From: Shigella phage ESh27
Sequence record: ON528737
DNA length: 64,000 nucleotides
Reading direction: 5' to 3' (one strand)
Part shown: one piece after another, positions 38,501-48,606 of the stretch
How positions within the stretch are numbered: position 1 is the first letter of the stretch
How the letters are laid out: every line of letters starts with the position of its first letter
The notes under the pieces: generated by a model
The model's database searches: none
The model's input: the letters and a program-made list of their open reading frames with translations, nothing else
Told to the model about the DNA's origin: nothing
Made by a program: the position numbers and the translations under genes

Positions 38501-38795
38501 TAATATCACGAGTTACTCGAGCAATACCAGTTAAATTAAAATTACCTGTCTGAGTGAAGACACCATTTAAAGTATAATCGCCAGTTTGGTTATAATTACC
38601 TGTATGAATAACATTCCCGTCAATACTACCGCCTTTAGCAAAACCCAGATCAATAATATTTCCTTGGTCATCTTTAGTAAAAAGTACACGGTCTTTTAAG
38701 TTTATAGCCAATTCACCTTCGGCTAATACTGAAGCGGCAGGACGTGCTCCTGCAGTTTTGCTTCTTTTAAATTGTATTTGTTTTAAAGTAGCCAT
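35562..38795 (-). CDS. 37: gp37 long tail fibre distal subunit
   Basis: 1077 aa; N-terminus MATLKQIQFKRSK; C-terminal chaperone-like tail. Confidence 0.9.
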   Translation of the reverse strand: MATLKQIQFKRSKTAGARPAASVLAEGELAINLKDRVLFTKDDQGNIIDLGFAKGGSIDGNVIHTGNYNQTGDYTLNGVFTQTGNFNLTGIARVTRDIIAAGQIMTEGGELITKSSGTAHVRFFDNNSRERGIIYAPANDGLTTQVLNIRVQDYAAGDESTYAFSGSGLFTSPEVSAWKSISSPQILTDKVITNGKKTGDYDIYSLSNNTPLAESETAINHLRVMRNAVGAGIFHEVNVNDGITWYSGDGLDTYLWSFTWSGGLKAGHSIAVGLPGGPKGYSELGTASIVLGDNDTGFKWHQDGYFHTVNNGTKTFIYGPAETQSLRKMVMGYSPDGLLMTTPPTENYALATVVTYHDNNAYGDGQTLLGYYQGGNYHHYFRGKGTTNINTHGGLLVTPGNIDVIGGSVNIDGRNNSSTLMFRGNTTGYSSVDNMDIKVWGNTFVDPSGGIRKNIMEISDATSWMSYIQRLTTGEVEMNVNGSFESSGVTAGDRGVHTTGEISSGAVNALRIWNADYGAIFRRSEGSLHIIPTAYGEGKHGDIGPLRPFSMALDTGKVTIPDLQSSYNTFAANGYIKFVGHGAGAGGYDIQYVQAAPIFQEIDDDAVSKYYPIVKQKFLNGKSVWSLGTEIESGTFVIHHLKEDGSQGHASRFNQDGTVNFPDNVLVSGDINMKGVMTFDPGRLGSRDYFKFNHWGDSNNGRDNIIQLEDSQGAHFSTERTLATGAIKTRFFGETFTDGTLYLNQMNNSSERFSINNWGNSEVGRAAVLEVGDSKGYHFYAERRTDNSLMFDVAGALTVHGPNGITIKNSTGARHIWFRDDSDAEKAVIWATDEGILHIHNNHGGSFSHHFQGAMILAGERVPYNSEYALIRGNISGGAWVDWRDRPAGLLVDCQDSRNQAYNIWKATHWGEQHLAAMGVHAGGGNPHVVLHVGGSDYAFASNGDFTAGAAVYCNDVYIRSDRRLKINVEDYEENAVDKVNKLKVKTYDKVKSLSDREVIGHEIGIIAQDLQEVLPEAVSTSSVGSQDNPEEILTISNSAVNALLIKAIQEMSEEIKELKTPLFTKIARKISKYFKF

Positions 38796-38803
38796 AAGTC
38801 CTC

Positions 38804-39460
38804 TTAATAATAGCCGAAATCTTGAACAGAATCCTTAATAACAATTTGGTCAAATCGTGGAACATGCGAGGGTTGAGATGCAGGATTCTGTGAGAAAAAG
38901 TTTGGGGCTGTTAGAGCGCCGGTCATCGTATCTCCTGAACGGAGTACGCGACTGTTTGCATTAGCATTAACTGTATTTATTTGACTATCAACATAATCTT
39001 TGCGAGTAAGGTCGTAATTATTTAAAGGTGCTAACGTTGTGGCTCTGAATTGAGATGCTTCAATAACGCCTTTAGAACTTATATTACCGGTGCGAGTATC
39101 AATTACAACAGTTCTTTCACCGGTACCTTGAGATGATTTAAACCCAATACCATACCACGAAACAATATCCATGTTTGTTTGGTCGAATGTCGCGGCGTCA
39201 CCACCACCAGAAAAAATACCATTCGTTTGGTCATCTGCTGTTTTGACTGCAACACCTTCGTTAAAGATTACCTTTTTGAGATATGTCCCGCCGTTTGCTT
39301 TAGATACGAAATCGTTATCAGCCGCTTTTGGCTTGTTATATTCAGTGTATAATTTAAATGTTTTATATAGGATGTCATCGCCAGCTGGCATTAAAGGAAA
39401 ATTGCCTTGATGCCATATGACGGAACCACCAACTGTACTTCCGGCTTTTAAATCGGCCAT
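38804..39460 (-). CDS. 36: gp36 long tail fibre hinge/small distal subunit
   Basis: 218 aa; order 34-35-36-37; late promoter upstream. Confidence 0.75.
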   Translation of the reverse strand: MADLKAGSTVGGSVIWHQGNFPLMPAGDDILYKTFKLYTEYNKPKAADNDFVSKANGGTYLKKVIFNEGVAVKTADDQTNGIFSGGGDAATFDQTNMDIVSWYGIGFKSSQGTGERTVVIDTRTGNISSKGVIEASQFRATTLAPLNNYDLTRKDYVDSQINTVNANANSRVLRSGDTMTGALTAPNFFSQNPASQPSHVPRFDQIVIKDSVQDFGYY

Positions 39461-39487
39461 TTCGTGTCTCCTTATTAATATTAAAAG

Positions 39488-39495
39488 TATTTATA
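39488..39495 (-). promoter_or_regulatory. late promoter for gene 36 (and 37-38)
   Basis: TATAAATA on minus strand between gp35 stop/terminator hairpin and gp36 ATG. Confidence 0.6.
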
Positions 39496-39503
39496 CGCGA
39501 AAA

Positions 39504-39519
39504 GGAGACCGAAGTCTCC
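39504..39519 (-). terminator. terminator-like hairpin between genes 35 and 36
   Basis: GGAGAC-TTCG-GTCTCC on minus strand right after gp35 stop, followed by TTTTCG and the gene 36 late promoter. Confidence 0.5.
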
Positions 39520-39520
39520 T

Positions 39521-40645
39521 TTATTCTGTGTACTCTTTAAATTCCTGCCCAAATACCTTACCCGTGTCGTTAGATAACTGAGTAGGCAAGTCCATTATAT
39601 CATTACCGGTTAATGATTCATCGATGTAATTAGCACGAATACCATTTAGGCCAAACTCGGCAGGTTTTGCTATACTTCCGTTACATGATACTTCAGTGAA
39701 AATAACATTTCTTAGTCCACCTTGACCGACTGGGGCCGTACGGTAACAATATACTGTAAAGCCATCGGCTTCAGCTGGTATTTCAACATATTCTTCATAT
39801 AGCTTCCACACCCCGGCAGTTCCGTCAAAGTTTATATCTTTAGATGATATAGGAGAGCTAGATGGAGACTTAAAGAAACGAATTGAAAGTCTTGTGGTTC
39901 CTTCCTCTAGTAATGCTTCATCAGCCATTAATTGAAATTTCAAATAAAGAAAATCTGTAGGCTTTAATCCATAGTTTGCGATAGGAGTAACAAGGGATGA
40001 TGTAGGCACCCTTTTTATTTCGTTGTTAGTTCCTCCAACAGGAGATAAAAACGTTTCTAGAGCTTCATATGTACGTCTAGGATAGCCGGTAGCACCTATA
40101 TCAGCAATAGAGTCATATACAATATCTAATGGAGTTGAGTAATCCGAAATTGTTTTCTTATTACTGTATTTTATGTGTTCTAATGCAATAGTATTTTTAC
40201 CTGAAACATAAAACGCTGAATATGAAATATCAACAAGACTAGCAACTTCAATTGACGGTATAACTGAACTCCCGGCAGCTTTAAACCATTCAATTATTTC
40301 TGGCGGCAAATTAAATTTGTTATTAGAAATAAATGCGAAAATGAAATTATCTGCGTATGTATTAACAAACGAAATAAATGCAGCCGAAGTTGCATTATTT
40401 GTAGGCGCAAAATTGTATAATTTACTATCAACTATAGTTCCATTTTCCGGATTTATTACCCTAACATTTAGTCCAATACCAAAAGACTGCAACCCTAAAG
40501 GCTCGTTTTGGAACAAAATATACGGATTAGTTGTTGAAAGCGGGCATGAACCCGCTATACTTAGTTTAAATCTAACTGAATTGCTTTCCGATAAAAATGG
40601 CGTTTGGACGTATCCCTGTCCAAACCTTGCCATAAATTTTTCCAT
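39521..40645 (-). CDS. 35: gp35 long tail fibre hinge connector
   Basis: 374 aa; position between 34 and 36. Confidence 0.75.
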   Translation of the reverse strand: MEKFMARFGQGYVQTPFLSESNSVRFKLSIAGSCPLSTTNPYILFQNEPLGLQSFGIGLNVRVINPENGTIVDSKLYNFAPTNNATSAAFISFVNTYADNFIFAFISNNKFNLPPEIIEWFKAAGSSVIPSIEVASLVDISYSAFYVSGKNTIALEHIKYSNKKTISDYSTPLDIVYDSIADIGATGYPRRTYEALETFLSPVGGTNNEIKRVPTSSLVTPIANYGLKPTDFLYLKFQLMADEALLEEGTTRLSIRFFKSPSSSPISSKDINFDGTAGVWKLYEEYVEIPAEADGFTVYCYRTAPVGQGGLRNVIFTEVSCNGSIAKPAEFGLNGIRANYIDESLTGNDIMDLPTQLSNDTGKVFGQEFKEYTE

Positions 40646-40653
40646 ATAACCTC

Positions 40654-43600
40654 TTATTCAACCCATATAAATTTAACGGTTTTGTTAACCGGGTCTGGAA
40701 CAATTCTCACATTTCCTAATTGTAAGAAGTCTCGAACAGTAAGGTTTCCAATAACAGCATTATCAGATGGGATAGCACCGACATCGCTAGGTGAAGGCGG
40801 GTTGCCACTATCAAATACCATTGCAAATGAAGTCCAAGCATCTTTATTTTTCTGCCAGGTACGAGTATAACGAATACTACCACCATTTGCACCTGTAGGA
40901 TAACAAATCCAATCCTGATAAAGCGAATCTAAGCTATTACCAAATTGAGTCAAAGTACCAGGATATTTAATTTCTTGGTCACGGTTACCTTTGTTATCAC
41001 GCGTCCAATATCCAGGGAATTGGCTATATACGGCAGAATCGTTAATGTCAATAGACCAAAAACCTACAGTAGAAGCTGTTGGTTTATCGGTATAAACCGT
41101 AGCAGTTTTAACGCCGTTAGAAATAATCCTGTTATTTACAGTTAACCCACCAGTAGTTATTGTTGCACCACTTGTGATTTGAACACCATTGTCAAGACGA
41201 ACTAATCCTGTGGCATTGTTAATCGTGATCGGGCGTAAGTTATTAAACGTCCCGGTCTGGTCACCTGAGTTAGTTAATGCAATATAAGAACTGTTACCGG
41301 CATTATAAAGCATAACACCATAGTTACCGTTAATAGCTCTGAATGCAATAGGAGAACTAGAAACAATTTCGCCTGTAGCACTAATAGGCCCGGTAAAGGT
41401 AGAAACACCTGTAACATTTAATCCATTTGTAGAAACAATGCCTGTTGAATAAAGTGTTCCATTAATATTAAACGATACTTTATTATCAGAAGCGCGCTGA
41501 GAATAGAAATGGTATCCTGTTTCGTCACCAGCTTCAAATATTGTATCACGGGCACCATCTGTAGCGCTATTACCCCATGCTCTAACAACGAAATTCTCTT
41601 TATTACTAAGAGATTGGGTTCCTTTAGTGAAAACTATTTCAGAACCGCTAGAGTCATTAAGAGTTAATCTACGAGTAACAGATGCTTCGGACCCAAAAGA
41701 AGCAGTGCTTGTAGATACTAAAGGAGCACTCAGGTTGGTCTGTTTAGTAAGACTTAAAGAACCATTAACCGTCTGGTCGATGTCTCTACGGATGAACTGA
41801 AGAGAATCTAGACCATCTAACAGATTACTATCTACGGCTTTAGCTTTCAATGGCAAATAGTTAGCAAGTACACGGTTTAATTCATATGGAGATATAGCAT
41901 AGCTATTTTTTTCATATGATTCTAAAGGTTGTGTTGAACCAACTGTATCATTACCAACGAATGTAATTGAACCAGATGAAGTTTTAACAAAACCTCTTAT
42001 TGCAGTAGTAGCAGCCCATGTTGGTTCATTCTGGACAATCCATTTTAAATTCTTAGGAGATACAGCAGTATTAGCAGAAGTTCCTGTTACAGTTTCAGCC
42101 TGAGTAGCAACCTTAATCACGCCTTCAGAAGTTTCAGTGGACTTAGTCCCTAAAAGCTTTTTAGGAGTAATAAGAACATCATCTAAAGTTCCTGCATTAG
42201 ATTCAGCTTGGGTCGCTACACGAAGTGTACCACGTTGTGTTTCATTTGCTTTAGAAATATCAAGAGTATAATGGTTCCACAAGGTTCCTTCTTCAATAAG
42301 TCCGGAATCAGAATTAACACTGGTACGGTCAGAAGAATCAAAATGAGTTTTAATTTTCAGTGGAGACGAGATACGAGTATCGTCAGTTCCAGTATCAAAT
42401 TCAACTTGCGTAGCAATTTCGGCTATGCCGGATAATCCTTCCGTAGCTTTCCTATCATTTAACGTCTTAGGCGTTACTGCTCTAGTATAATCAGTTCCAG
42501 TGTTAGTTTCTGCTTGCGTAGCAATTTCAATTAAACCAATACGCCCATCAGTAGAAGTTTTCTTATGCAGAGTTTCAGGAGTCACTACAGCATTAGCCCA
42601 ACCGGCTTGTGATTCGCCAGCGATAACTTCACTTTCAATAGCAAGAATTACTGCGCCCTGTTGAGTAGGGGTAGCTTTATACTGGTCAAGAGCCTTTGGA
42701 GAAATAGTTAAATTATCTACGGCTTTGTTATAAACGTTAGTCCCAGCATTACCACGAATAGTAGCAGCTGTAGTACCAGACGTAGATGTGTATTTTACAA
42801 TACCAGATAAAACTTCAGAACCTTGACGGGCATCCAATTTCTTAGGAGTAATAATAGTGGTATCATCTGTGCCAGCATTAGTTTCAGCCTGAGTTGCAAC
42901 TTCAGCAACACCTCTACGGGTTTCAGTTGCTGTACGTTCGTTCAATTTCTTAGGAGAAATAATCAAGTCGTCTTGGAATGCAAAATCAGTATTCTGGTTA
43001 ACTTGTGCAGTTGTTGCAATACGAGCAATACCACGACGAGTTTCAGTTGCTGTACGATTTGCTAATGTTTCCGGAGTAATAGCCAGTTCTTTACCAGGAG
43101 CATTTTCTAAATCAACATTTGCTTGCGCTTGAGAAGCAAGAGCAATAACACCTAAACGAGCTCGAGTGGTATTGCTCGATGCATCGACTCGTTCGACGGT
43201 TACGGTGTTTTGTTGAACTACCCAATATTTTGTTTCAGATGAATAATCTTCTATATAAGCTAACTCAAGTACAGGTACATACGAAGTATCACCATTAAAT
43301 TCCAACTCACTAACAGAAACCCATTGTGCATCAGGTGGATACTCCGAACGTTTTGGGAACTGTAATAAAGAAATACTGCTAGCAATTGTATCGCCTTCAG
43401 CAGCTTTAATTTTTACAGTTTGCCCTTTACGCATATAATTCAACGATATTTTAACAGTATCGCCAGACAAAATATCTGTAGGCAAAGTAAGATTTACCGT
43501 CGAGATTGTATCATTATTAGTTCCAAAAACAAGAACTTCTTCATTAGGGTGTAAATCAGTATCATTACGAACTATACGTAAACGAGATTTCTGGTCACCT

Positions 43601-44487
43601 TCCCAAACACGCCATAAGCTATTAGCAGAATCATAAACAAAGAATGCTTCCGCAGTATTACGTCCTTCTGCTACATGAACACCAGCTTCTCGTATAGAAG
43701 TTGTATCATCGTAAGTTTTGACAATTGTGTGATATAATGGGTTTAATTTGTCTAAATCAACTAAATTAATAATATCGCCATTATTAGCATTACGAGGCAA
43801 TGTAATATTAATAGGAGCGGCTGATGTAAAACGTCGAATGATAAAATCATTAGGTTGCGCCTGATATGGCTTAGCAGGAGTTACTGTGACTGCATTACGT
43901 TCGTAATCAGAAACATACATTTGCCATAGGCGGTTGCTAAAAATGAAGACCATTTTAGATTTTGGGTGCGTCATTAAAACTGAACGAACCTGTTGTCCTC
44001 TAAAGTTTACAATACTTTGAGCCTCTGCAGTAATTTGAACTTTTACATAGCCTACTCTACCGCCAATATCAGACAAAATAACTGTATCGCCATCTAAAGG
44101 ATTTTGAGGCAAAGTGAAATTAATATCAGTGCCAGCTGAAGTATCAACCGCGATAGAGTTACCTACTGATAATTGGAAATCTCCGCCTTGAACTGTAATC
44201 CATTCTGCATCTGTACGAGTTGCCTTCCATTTAGCCAAAGAGAAAGGGCCCGCCGGAGCTGGAATATCGTTTAAAGCTTGATAAAAACGATTATCATAAA
44301 GAACAATAAAATCTTTTGTATACGCGCGCGTCTCGTCATAATTCTGTACGGTGTTTTCTTGCACCAAAAAGTCAACGTTCACGCCATCGGTGCCAACTGT
44401 GCGGTCAGCAAGCGCAACGTTAACTATCTTATCACCGCCTGCGTCAAGACCATCTTCGGCCCTGAACTTACGTTTGATGTCAACCAT
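40654..44487 (-). CDS. 34: gp34 long tail fibre proximal subunit
   Basis: 1277 aa; N-terminus KRKFRAEDGLDAGGDKI; internal repeats (ATETRRG..., IATQAE...TPKTL); C-terminus KFIWVE. Confidence 0.9.
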   Translation of the reverse strand: MVDIKRKFRAEDGLDAGGDKIVNVALADRTVGTDGVNVDFLVQENTVQNYDETRAYTKDFIVLYDNRFYQALNDIPAPAGPFSLAKWKATRTDAEWITVQGGDFQLSVGNSIAVDTSAGTDINFTLPQNPLDGDTVILSDIGGRVGYVKVQITAEAQSIVNFRGQQVRSVLMTHPKSKMVFIFSNRLWQMYVSDYERNAVTVTPAKPYQAQPNDFIIRRFTSAAPINITLPRNANNGDIINLVDLDKLNPLYHTIVKTYDDTTSIREAGVHVAEGRNTAEAFFVYDSANSLWRVWEGDQKSRLRIVRNDTDLHPNEEVLVFGTNNDTISTVNLTLPTDILSGDTVKISLNYMRKGQTVKIKAAEGDTIASSISLLQFPKRSEYPPDAQWVSVSELEFNGDTSYVPVLELAYIEDYSSETKYWVVQQNTVTVERVDASSNTTRARLGVIALASQAQANVDLENAPGKELAITPETLANRTATETRRGIARIATTAQVNQNTDFAFQDDLIISPKKLNERTATETRRGVAEVATQAETNAGTDDTTIITPKKLDARQGSEVLSGIVKYTSTSGTTAATIRGNAGTNVYNKAVDNLTISPKALDQYKATPTQQGAVILAIESEVIAGESQAGWANAVVTPETLHKKTSTDGRIGLIEIATQAETNTGTDYTRAVTPKTLNDRKATEGLSGIAEIATQVEFDTGTDDTRISSPLKIKTHFDSSDRTSVNSDSGLIEEGTLWNHYTLDISKANETQRGTLRVATQAESNAGTLDDVLITPKKLLGTKSTETSEGVIKVATQAETVTGTSANTAVSPKNLKWIVQNEPTWAATTAIRGFVKTSSGSITFVGNDTVGSTQPLESYEKNSYAISPYELNRVLANYLPLKAKAVDSNLLDGLDSLQFIRRDIDQTVNGSLSLTKQTNLSAPLVSTSTASFGSEASVTRRLTLNDSSGSEIVFTKGTQSLSNKENFVVRAWGNSATDGARDTIFEAGDETGYHFYSQRASDNKVSFNINGTLYSTGIVSTNGLNVTGVSTFTGPISATGEIVSSSPIAFRAINGNYGVMLYNAGNSSYIALTNSGDQTGTFNNLRPITINNATGLVRLDNGVQITSGATITTGGLTVNNRIISNGVKTATVYTDKPTASTVGFWSIDINDSAVYSQFPGYWTRDNKGNRDQEIKYPGTLTQFGNSLDSLYQDWICYPTGANGGSIRYTRTWQKNKDAWTSFAMVFDSGNPPSPSDVGAIPSDNAVIGNLTVRDFLQLGNVRIVPDPVNKTVKFIWVE

Positions 44488-44521
44488 GGTAGTCCTCTTA
44501 TCATTATGTGTTCTATTTTAC

Positions 44522-44529
44522 TATTTATA
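44522..44529 (-). promoter_or_regulatory. late promoter for gene 34
   Basis: TATAAATA on minus strand about 35 nt upstream of gp34 ATG. Confidence 0.6.
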
Positions 44530-44607
44530 AATGAGTAAAAGACTATTTACGCTTTCGAACTAGTATGTTACTATAGTCCAAGTTGACTAACTGAACAAGA
44601 GGTTCAT

Positions 44608-45525
44608 ATGGATTTAGAAATGATGTTGGATGAGGATTACAAAGAAGGTATTGCACTTGCAGACTTTAGTAACATTGCATTAGCAGCTGCATTAAACAAC
44701 TTTGAAGACGGTGATAAAATTACTGTTCCGATGGTTCGCCATGTAATCTTGAATTCAATTCGTAAAAACGTAGTGATGTTCCGTAAGCAAGGTTATACAA
44801 AATTTGTATTGTGCATGGATAACGCTACTTCCGGGTATTGGCGACGCGACTTTGCTTACTATTACAAGAAAAATCGTAAAACTGATCGTGAAGCTTCAAA
44901 GTGGGATTGGGAAGGATATTTTACTGCACTCCATCAAGTCGTTGATGAGATTAAGAAATATATGCCATACGTTGTAATGGATATTGACAAATACGAAGCG
45001 GATGACCATATCGGTGTATTAACTAAATATTTGTCATTAGCTGGTCATAAGGTGTGTATTGTTGCATCAGATGGTGACTTTACACAATTACACAAATACC
45101 CTAACGTTAAACAGTGGTCGCCACCGCAGAAAAAATGGGTTAAAATTAAGAATGGTTCTGCCGAAATTGATTGCATGACTAAAATTCTTAAAGGCGACCG
45201 TAAAGATGGTGTTGCGTCTGTTCGAGTTCGTGGTGATTTCTGGTTTACTCGAGTTGAAGGCGAACGAACTCCGAGTATGAAAACAACGATTATTGAAGCA
45301 ATTGCTAATGACCGTTCTCAAGCTGAAGTATTATTAAGTGCAGAAGAATATAAACGGTATCAAGAAAATTTGGTTCTCATTGATTTTGATTATATCCCTG
45401 ATAATATTGCTTCAACCATTATAGAGTATTATAACTCATATAAACAACAACCTAAAGGCAAGATTTATTCATACTTTGTAAAATCCGGCCTTTCTAAATT
45501 AACAAGTGTAATTAACGAATTCTGA
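44608..45525 (+). CDS. rnh: RNase H (5'-3' exonuclease, FEN family)
   Basis: 305 aa; size and position divergent from gene 34 as in T4. Confidence 0.8.
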   Translation: MDLEMMLDEDYKEGIALADFSNIALAAALNNFEDGDKITVPMVRHVILNSIRKNVVMFRKQGYTKFVLCMDNATSGYWRRDFAYYYKKNRKTDREASKWDWEGYFTALHQVVDEIKKYMPYVVMDIDKYEADDHIGVLTKYLSLAGHKVCIVASDGDFTQLHKYPNVKQWSPPQKKWVKIKNGSAEIDCMTKILKGDRKDGVASVRVRGDFWFTRVEGERTPSMKTTIIEAIANDRSQAEVLLSAEEYKRYQENLVLIDFDYIPDNIASTIIEYYNSYKQQPKGKIYSYFVKSGLSKLTSVINEF

Positions 45526-45532
45526 GGTAAAC

Positions 45533-45802
45533 ATGGCTAAGAAAGAAGCAGTTGAATTTAATCAAGATGTGCATGGTGAAGAACTGGCTAAACTAGTCAA
45601 GGAAGCTTCCGATAACAAACTTAAAATTTCTGGTTATAATGAACTGATTAAAGACATTCGTACTCGTGCTAAAGAAGAGCTTGGCGTTGATGGAAAAATG
45701 TTTAATCGTTTGTTAGCTCTTTATCATAAAGATGCTCGTGACCAATTTGAAGCTGAAAACGAAGAGGTAGTCGAGCTTTATGACACAGTTTTCACTAAGT
45801 GA
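45533..45802 (+). CDS. dsbA: DsbA dsDNA-binding protein
   Basis: 89 aa; size and synteny (rnh-dsbA-33-59-32). Confidence 0.55.
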   Translation: MAKKEAVEFNQDVHGEELAKLVKEASDNKLKISGYNELIKDIRTRAKEELGVDGKMFNRLLALYHKDARDQFEAENEEVVELYDTVFTK

Positions 45803-46118
45803 TATTAAACCGGTTGATGAGGCCGGTTTATCTGAACAAGAGTTAGCAGTAAAACACGATAAAGATGATATCGCTAAATTGCTTGACCGTCAAGAAAACG
45901 GATTCATTATCGAATCCATGGTTGAACAATTTGGTATGTCTTATTTAGAAGCAACAACTGCTTTCTTGGAAGAAAATTCTATTCCAGAAACACAATTTGC
46001 TAAATTTATTCCTACAGGAATTGTTGAAAAAATTACAAGTGAAGCAATTGACGAAAACATGCTTCGCCCATCAGTTGCTCGTGGTGAAAAAACTAATACG
46101 TTAGATTTCTTATTATGA
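45780..46118 (+). CDS. 33: gp33 late transcription co-activator
   Basis: 112 aa; size and synteny. Confidence 0.55.
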   Translation: MTQFSLSDIKPVDEAGLSEQELAVKHDKDDIAKLLDRQENGFIIESMVEQFGMSYLEATTAFLEENSIPETQFAKFIPTGIVEKITSEAIDENMLRPSVARGEKTNTLDFLL

Positions 46119-46768
46119 TTAAAATACGCATGCCTCCTGATGGAGAACGTTATATTAATGGAAAATCGGTATACAAACTATACTTGATGTGCAAACAACA
46201 TTTTAATGGTCGGTATGACGTAATCAAATATAACTGGTGCATGCGTGTTTCGGATAATGCGTATCAAAAACGCCGAGATAAATATTTCTTTGAGAAACTA
46301 GCAGAGAAATATAAGTTAAAGGAACTCACTTTGATATTCATCAGTAACTTAGTTGCTAACCAAGATGCATGGATTGGTGAGATATCAGACGCTGATGCAT
46401 TAGTTTTCTATAGGGAATATATTGGACGTCTCAAACAGGCCAAGGAGACATTTGCTGAAGATGTACGTAACATCTACTATTTCAGTAAGAAAGTGGAAGT
46501 TAGTGCGCTTCAAGAGATATTTGATTATAATAATAAAGTTCAGTCGAGCTACATATTTAAATTGCTACAAAGCAATATAATTTCGTTTGAAACCTTCTTG
46601 TTGTTGGATTCATTCTTGAATATTATAGATAAGCATGACGAACTTACTGACAATTTAGTCTGGCAAAATTATTCTACCAAATTAAAGGCATATCGAAAAA
46701 TACTTCAAATCGATGGAAATGCTGCTAAGAAATTGTTCATAGAAACAATCAAATCATGTAAGTATTAA
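46115..46768 (+). CDS. 59: gp59 helicase loader
   Basis: 217 aa; size and position immediately upstream of gene 32. Confidence 0.65.
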   Translation: MIKIRMPPDGERYINGKSVYKLYLMCKQHFNGRYDVIKYNWCMRVSDNAYQKRRDKYFFEKLAEKYKLKELTLIFISNLVANQDAWIGEISDADALVFYREYIGRLKQAKETFAEDVRNIYYFSKKVEVSALQEIFDYNNKVQSSYIFKLLQSNIISFETFLLLDSFLNIIDKHDELTDNLVWQNYSTKLKAYRKILQIDGNAAKKLFIETIKSCKY

Positions 46769-46797
46769 GCTTTATTTCTTGTGTGTTAAAATTACTT

Positions 46798-46805
46798 TAT
46801 AAATA
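46798..46805 (+). promoter_or_regulatory. candidate late promoter upstream of gene 32
   Basis: Exact TATAAATA in the 59-32 intergenic region. Confidence 0.4.
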
Positions 46806-46809
46806 AATC

Positions 46810-46884
46810 ATACCAGCTACGAGGTATAAGTGTCGTAGCAACCAACTGTAAATAAATTAAATAATCTAAATAAAGGTAAATATA
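46810..46884 (+). promoter_or_regulatory. gene 32 translational operator-like leader
   Basis: Hairpin GCTACGA 46816-46822 / TCGTAGC 46833-46839 followed by long A/U-rich unstructured stretch up to the gene 32 ATG. Confidence 0.5.
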
Positions 46885-47787
46885 ATGTTTAAACGTAAAT
46901 CTACTGCTGACCTCGCTGCTCAAATGGCTAAACTGAACGGTAACAAAGGTTTCTCTTCAGAAGATAAAGGCGAATGGAAGCTGAAGCTAGATGCATCAGG
47001 TAATGGTCAAGCGGTAATTCGTTTCTTGCCAGCAAAAACTGATGACGCACTACCATTTGCAATTCTTGTTAACCACGGTTTCAAGAAAAATGGTAAATGG
47101 TATATTGAAAATTGCTCTTCTACACATGGTGATTACGACTCTTGTCCTGTATGTCAGTACATTAGTAAAAATGACCTGTACAATACCAACAAAACTGAAT
47201 ATTCTCAACTGAAACGTAAAACTTCTTATTGGGCTAATATTCTGGTTGTTAAAGACCCTCAAGCTCCAGATAACGAAGGTAAAGTATTTAAATATCGTTT
47301 CGGTAAAAAGATTTGGGACAAAATCAATGCAATGATTGCAGTTGATACCGAAATGGGTGAAACTCCAGTTGATGTTACTTGCCCGTTTGAAGGTGCTAAC
47401 TTCGTTCTGAAAGCTAAGCAGGTTTCTGGTTTTAGCAACTATGATGAATCTAAATTCTTGGGTCAATCTGAAATTCCTCGTATTAATGACGAAGCATTCC
47501 AGAAAGAACTGTATGACCAGATGGTAGACCTTACTACTTTGACGGCTAAAGACCAGTTCAAATCCTTCGAAAAATTAAATGAATCTTTCGCTAAGGTTCT
47601 TGGTACTGCGGCTCTTGGTGGTGCAGCAGCCGCAGCAGCTTCTGTTGCAGATAAAGTTGCTTCTGACCTTGATGATTTTGATAAAGACATGGAAGCCTTT
47701 AGTTCTGCAAAAACTGAAGATGACTTCATGAGCTCTACCTCATCCTCTGATGATGGCGACCTTGATGACCTGTTAGCTGGTCTATAA
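46885..47787 (+). CDS. 32: gp32 single-stranded DNA-binding protein
   Basis: 300 aa; zinc motif [13 protein letters not shown], acidic C-tail; AU-rich operator-like leader; terminator follows. Confidence 0.9.
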   Translation: MFKRKSTADLAAQMAKLNGNKGFSSEDKGEWKLKLDASGNGQAVIRFLPAKTDDALPFAILVNHGFKKNGKWYIENCSSTHGDYDSCPVCQYISKNDLYNTNKTEYSQLKRKTSYWANILVVKDPQAPDNEGKVFKYRFGKKIWDKINAMIAVDTEMGETPVDVTCPFEGANFVLKAKQVSGFSNYDESKFLGQSEIPRINDEAFQKELYDQMVDLTTLTAKDQFKSFEKLNESFAKVLGTAALGGAAAAAASVADKVASDLDDFDKDMEAFSSAKTEDDFMSSTSSSDDGDLDDLLAGL

Positions 47788-47793
47788 TAAATC

Positions 47794-47816
47794 GGGAGAC
47801 TTCGGTCTCCCTTTTG
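47794..47816 (+). terminator. intrinsic terminator after gene 32
   Basis: GGGAGAC-TTCG-GTCTCCC hairpin + TTTT. Confidence 0.7.
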
Positions 47817-47842
47817 AGTATCTGTAAATTACCGAAAAGGTT

Positions 47843-47880
47843 GTTTACTTCTTCCCTGGATGTGTTAGTATAGACTTATC
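47843..47880 (+). promoter_or_regulatory. early promoter
   Basis: -35 GTTTAC 47843-47848, 17 bp, -10 TAGTAT 47866-47871; after gene 32 terminator. Confidence 0.45.
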
Positions 47881-47900
47881 AACAACATGAGGAAATCAAA

Positions 47901-48293
47901 ATGGAAATCGGAAAATCTTATATCATTAACCCTTTATTTAAAGACGACTTTGTTCAAGAAGCACCACACAATAACGCTAAGATGTTAAAATTGATTGAAC
48001 TCCATGGGCCTAGTTTTGTTGTAAACGGAATGGAACCTGATTATGATAGCGATACGCCAAACGTAGTAAGTGTAACTATGGAAGATGGTACTGTATGTTC
48101 TGCCGCTGGTGAAATTGAAACTTATTTTGAGATTTATCCTGACGAGTTCAAATACTTTACTGAGGTAGATTTAGTAAAGCCTCAACCTACTAACGAAGGT
48201 ATAACTTTAGGTGTAACAAAAATCCATTGTATCGTAGATGAAACCAACGTCGACGAAATCATCGAACTTTTGCAAAAAACTTTTAAAAAGTAG
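47901..48293 (+). CDS. hypothetical protein
   Basis: 130 aa after early promoter. Confidence 0.5.
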   Translation: MEIGKSYIINPLFKDDFVQEAPHNNAKMLKLIELHGPSFVVNGMEPDYDSDTPNVVSVTMEDGTVCSAAGEIETYFEIYPDEFKYFTEVDLVKPQPTNEGITLGVTKIHCIVDETNVDEIIELLQKTFKK

Positions 48294-48355
48294 TGTATAA
48301 TCAGATAGGGTTATGTTATAGTAGCCCTATCAAATCAAAAGTGAAGGAGAATAAA

Positions 48356-48604
48356 ATGAGATTACAACGTCAGAGCATCAAAGATTCTGAAGTTAAAGGT
48401 AAATGGTATTTCAACATCGTTGGTAAAGACGCTGAACTCCTTGAACAAGCTGAAGAAGCTTTACGTGAAATGGGTTGGAATGAAGAATGTGATGGATGTC
48501 CACTCTACGAAGACGGCGAAAGTGCAGGATTCTGGATTCACCACTCTGACGTTGAATCGTTTAAAGCCGATTGGAAAGTTGTTAAGAAAAATCTGAGGAA
48601 ATAA
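48356..48604 (+). CDS. hypothetical protein
   Basis: 82 aa from ATG 48356 with SD GAAGGAGA. Confidence 0.45.
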   Translation: MRLQRQSIKDSEVKGKWYFNIVGKDAELLEQAEEALREMGWNEECDGCPLYEDGESAGFWIHHSDVESFKADWKVVKKNLRK

Positions 48605-48606
48605 AA

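Noticed and set aside
40317-40649. Plus-strand ORFs inside the minus-strand tail fibre genes 34, 35 and 37
   Set aside because: Antisense to long late structural genes, no promoter or RBS context
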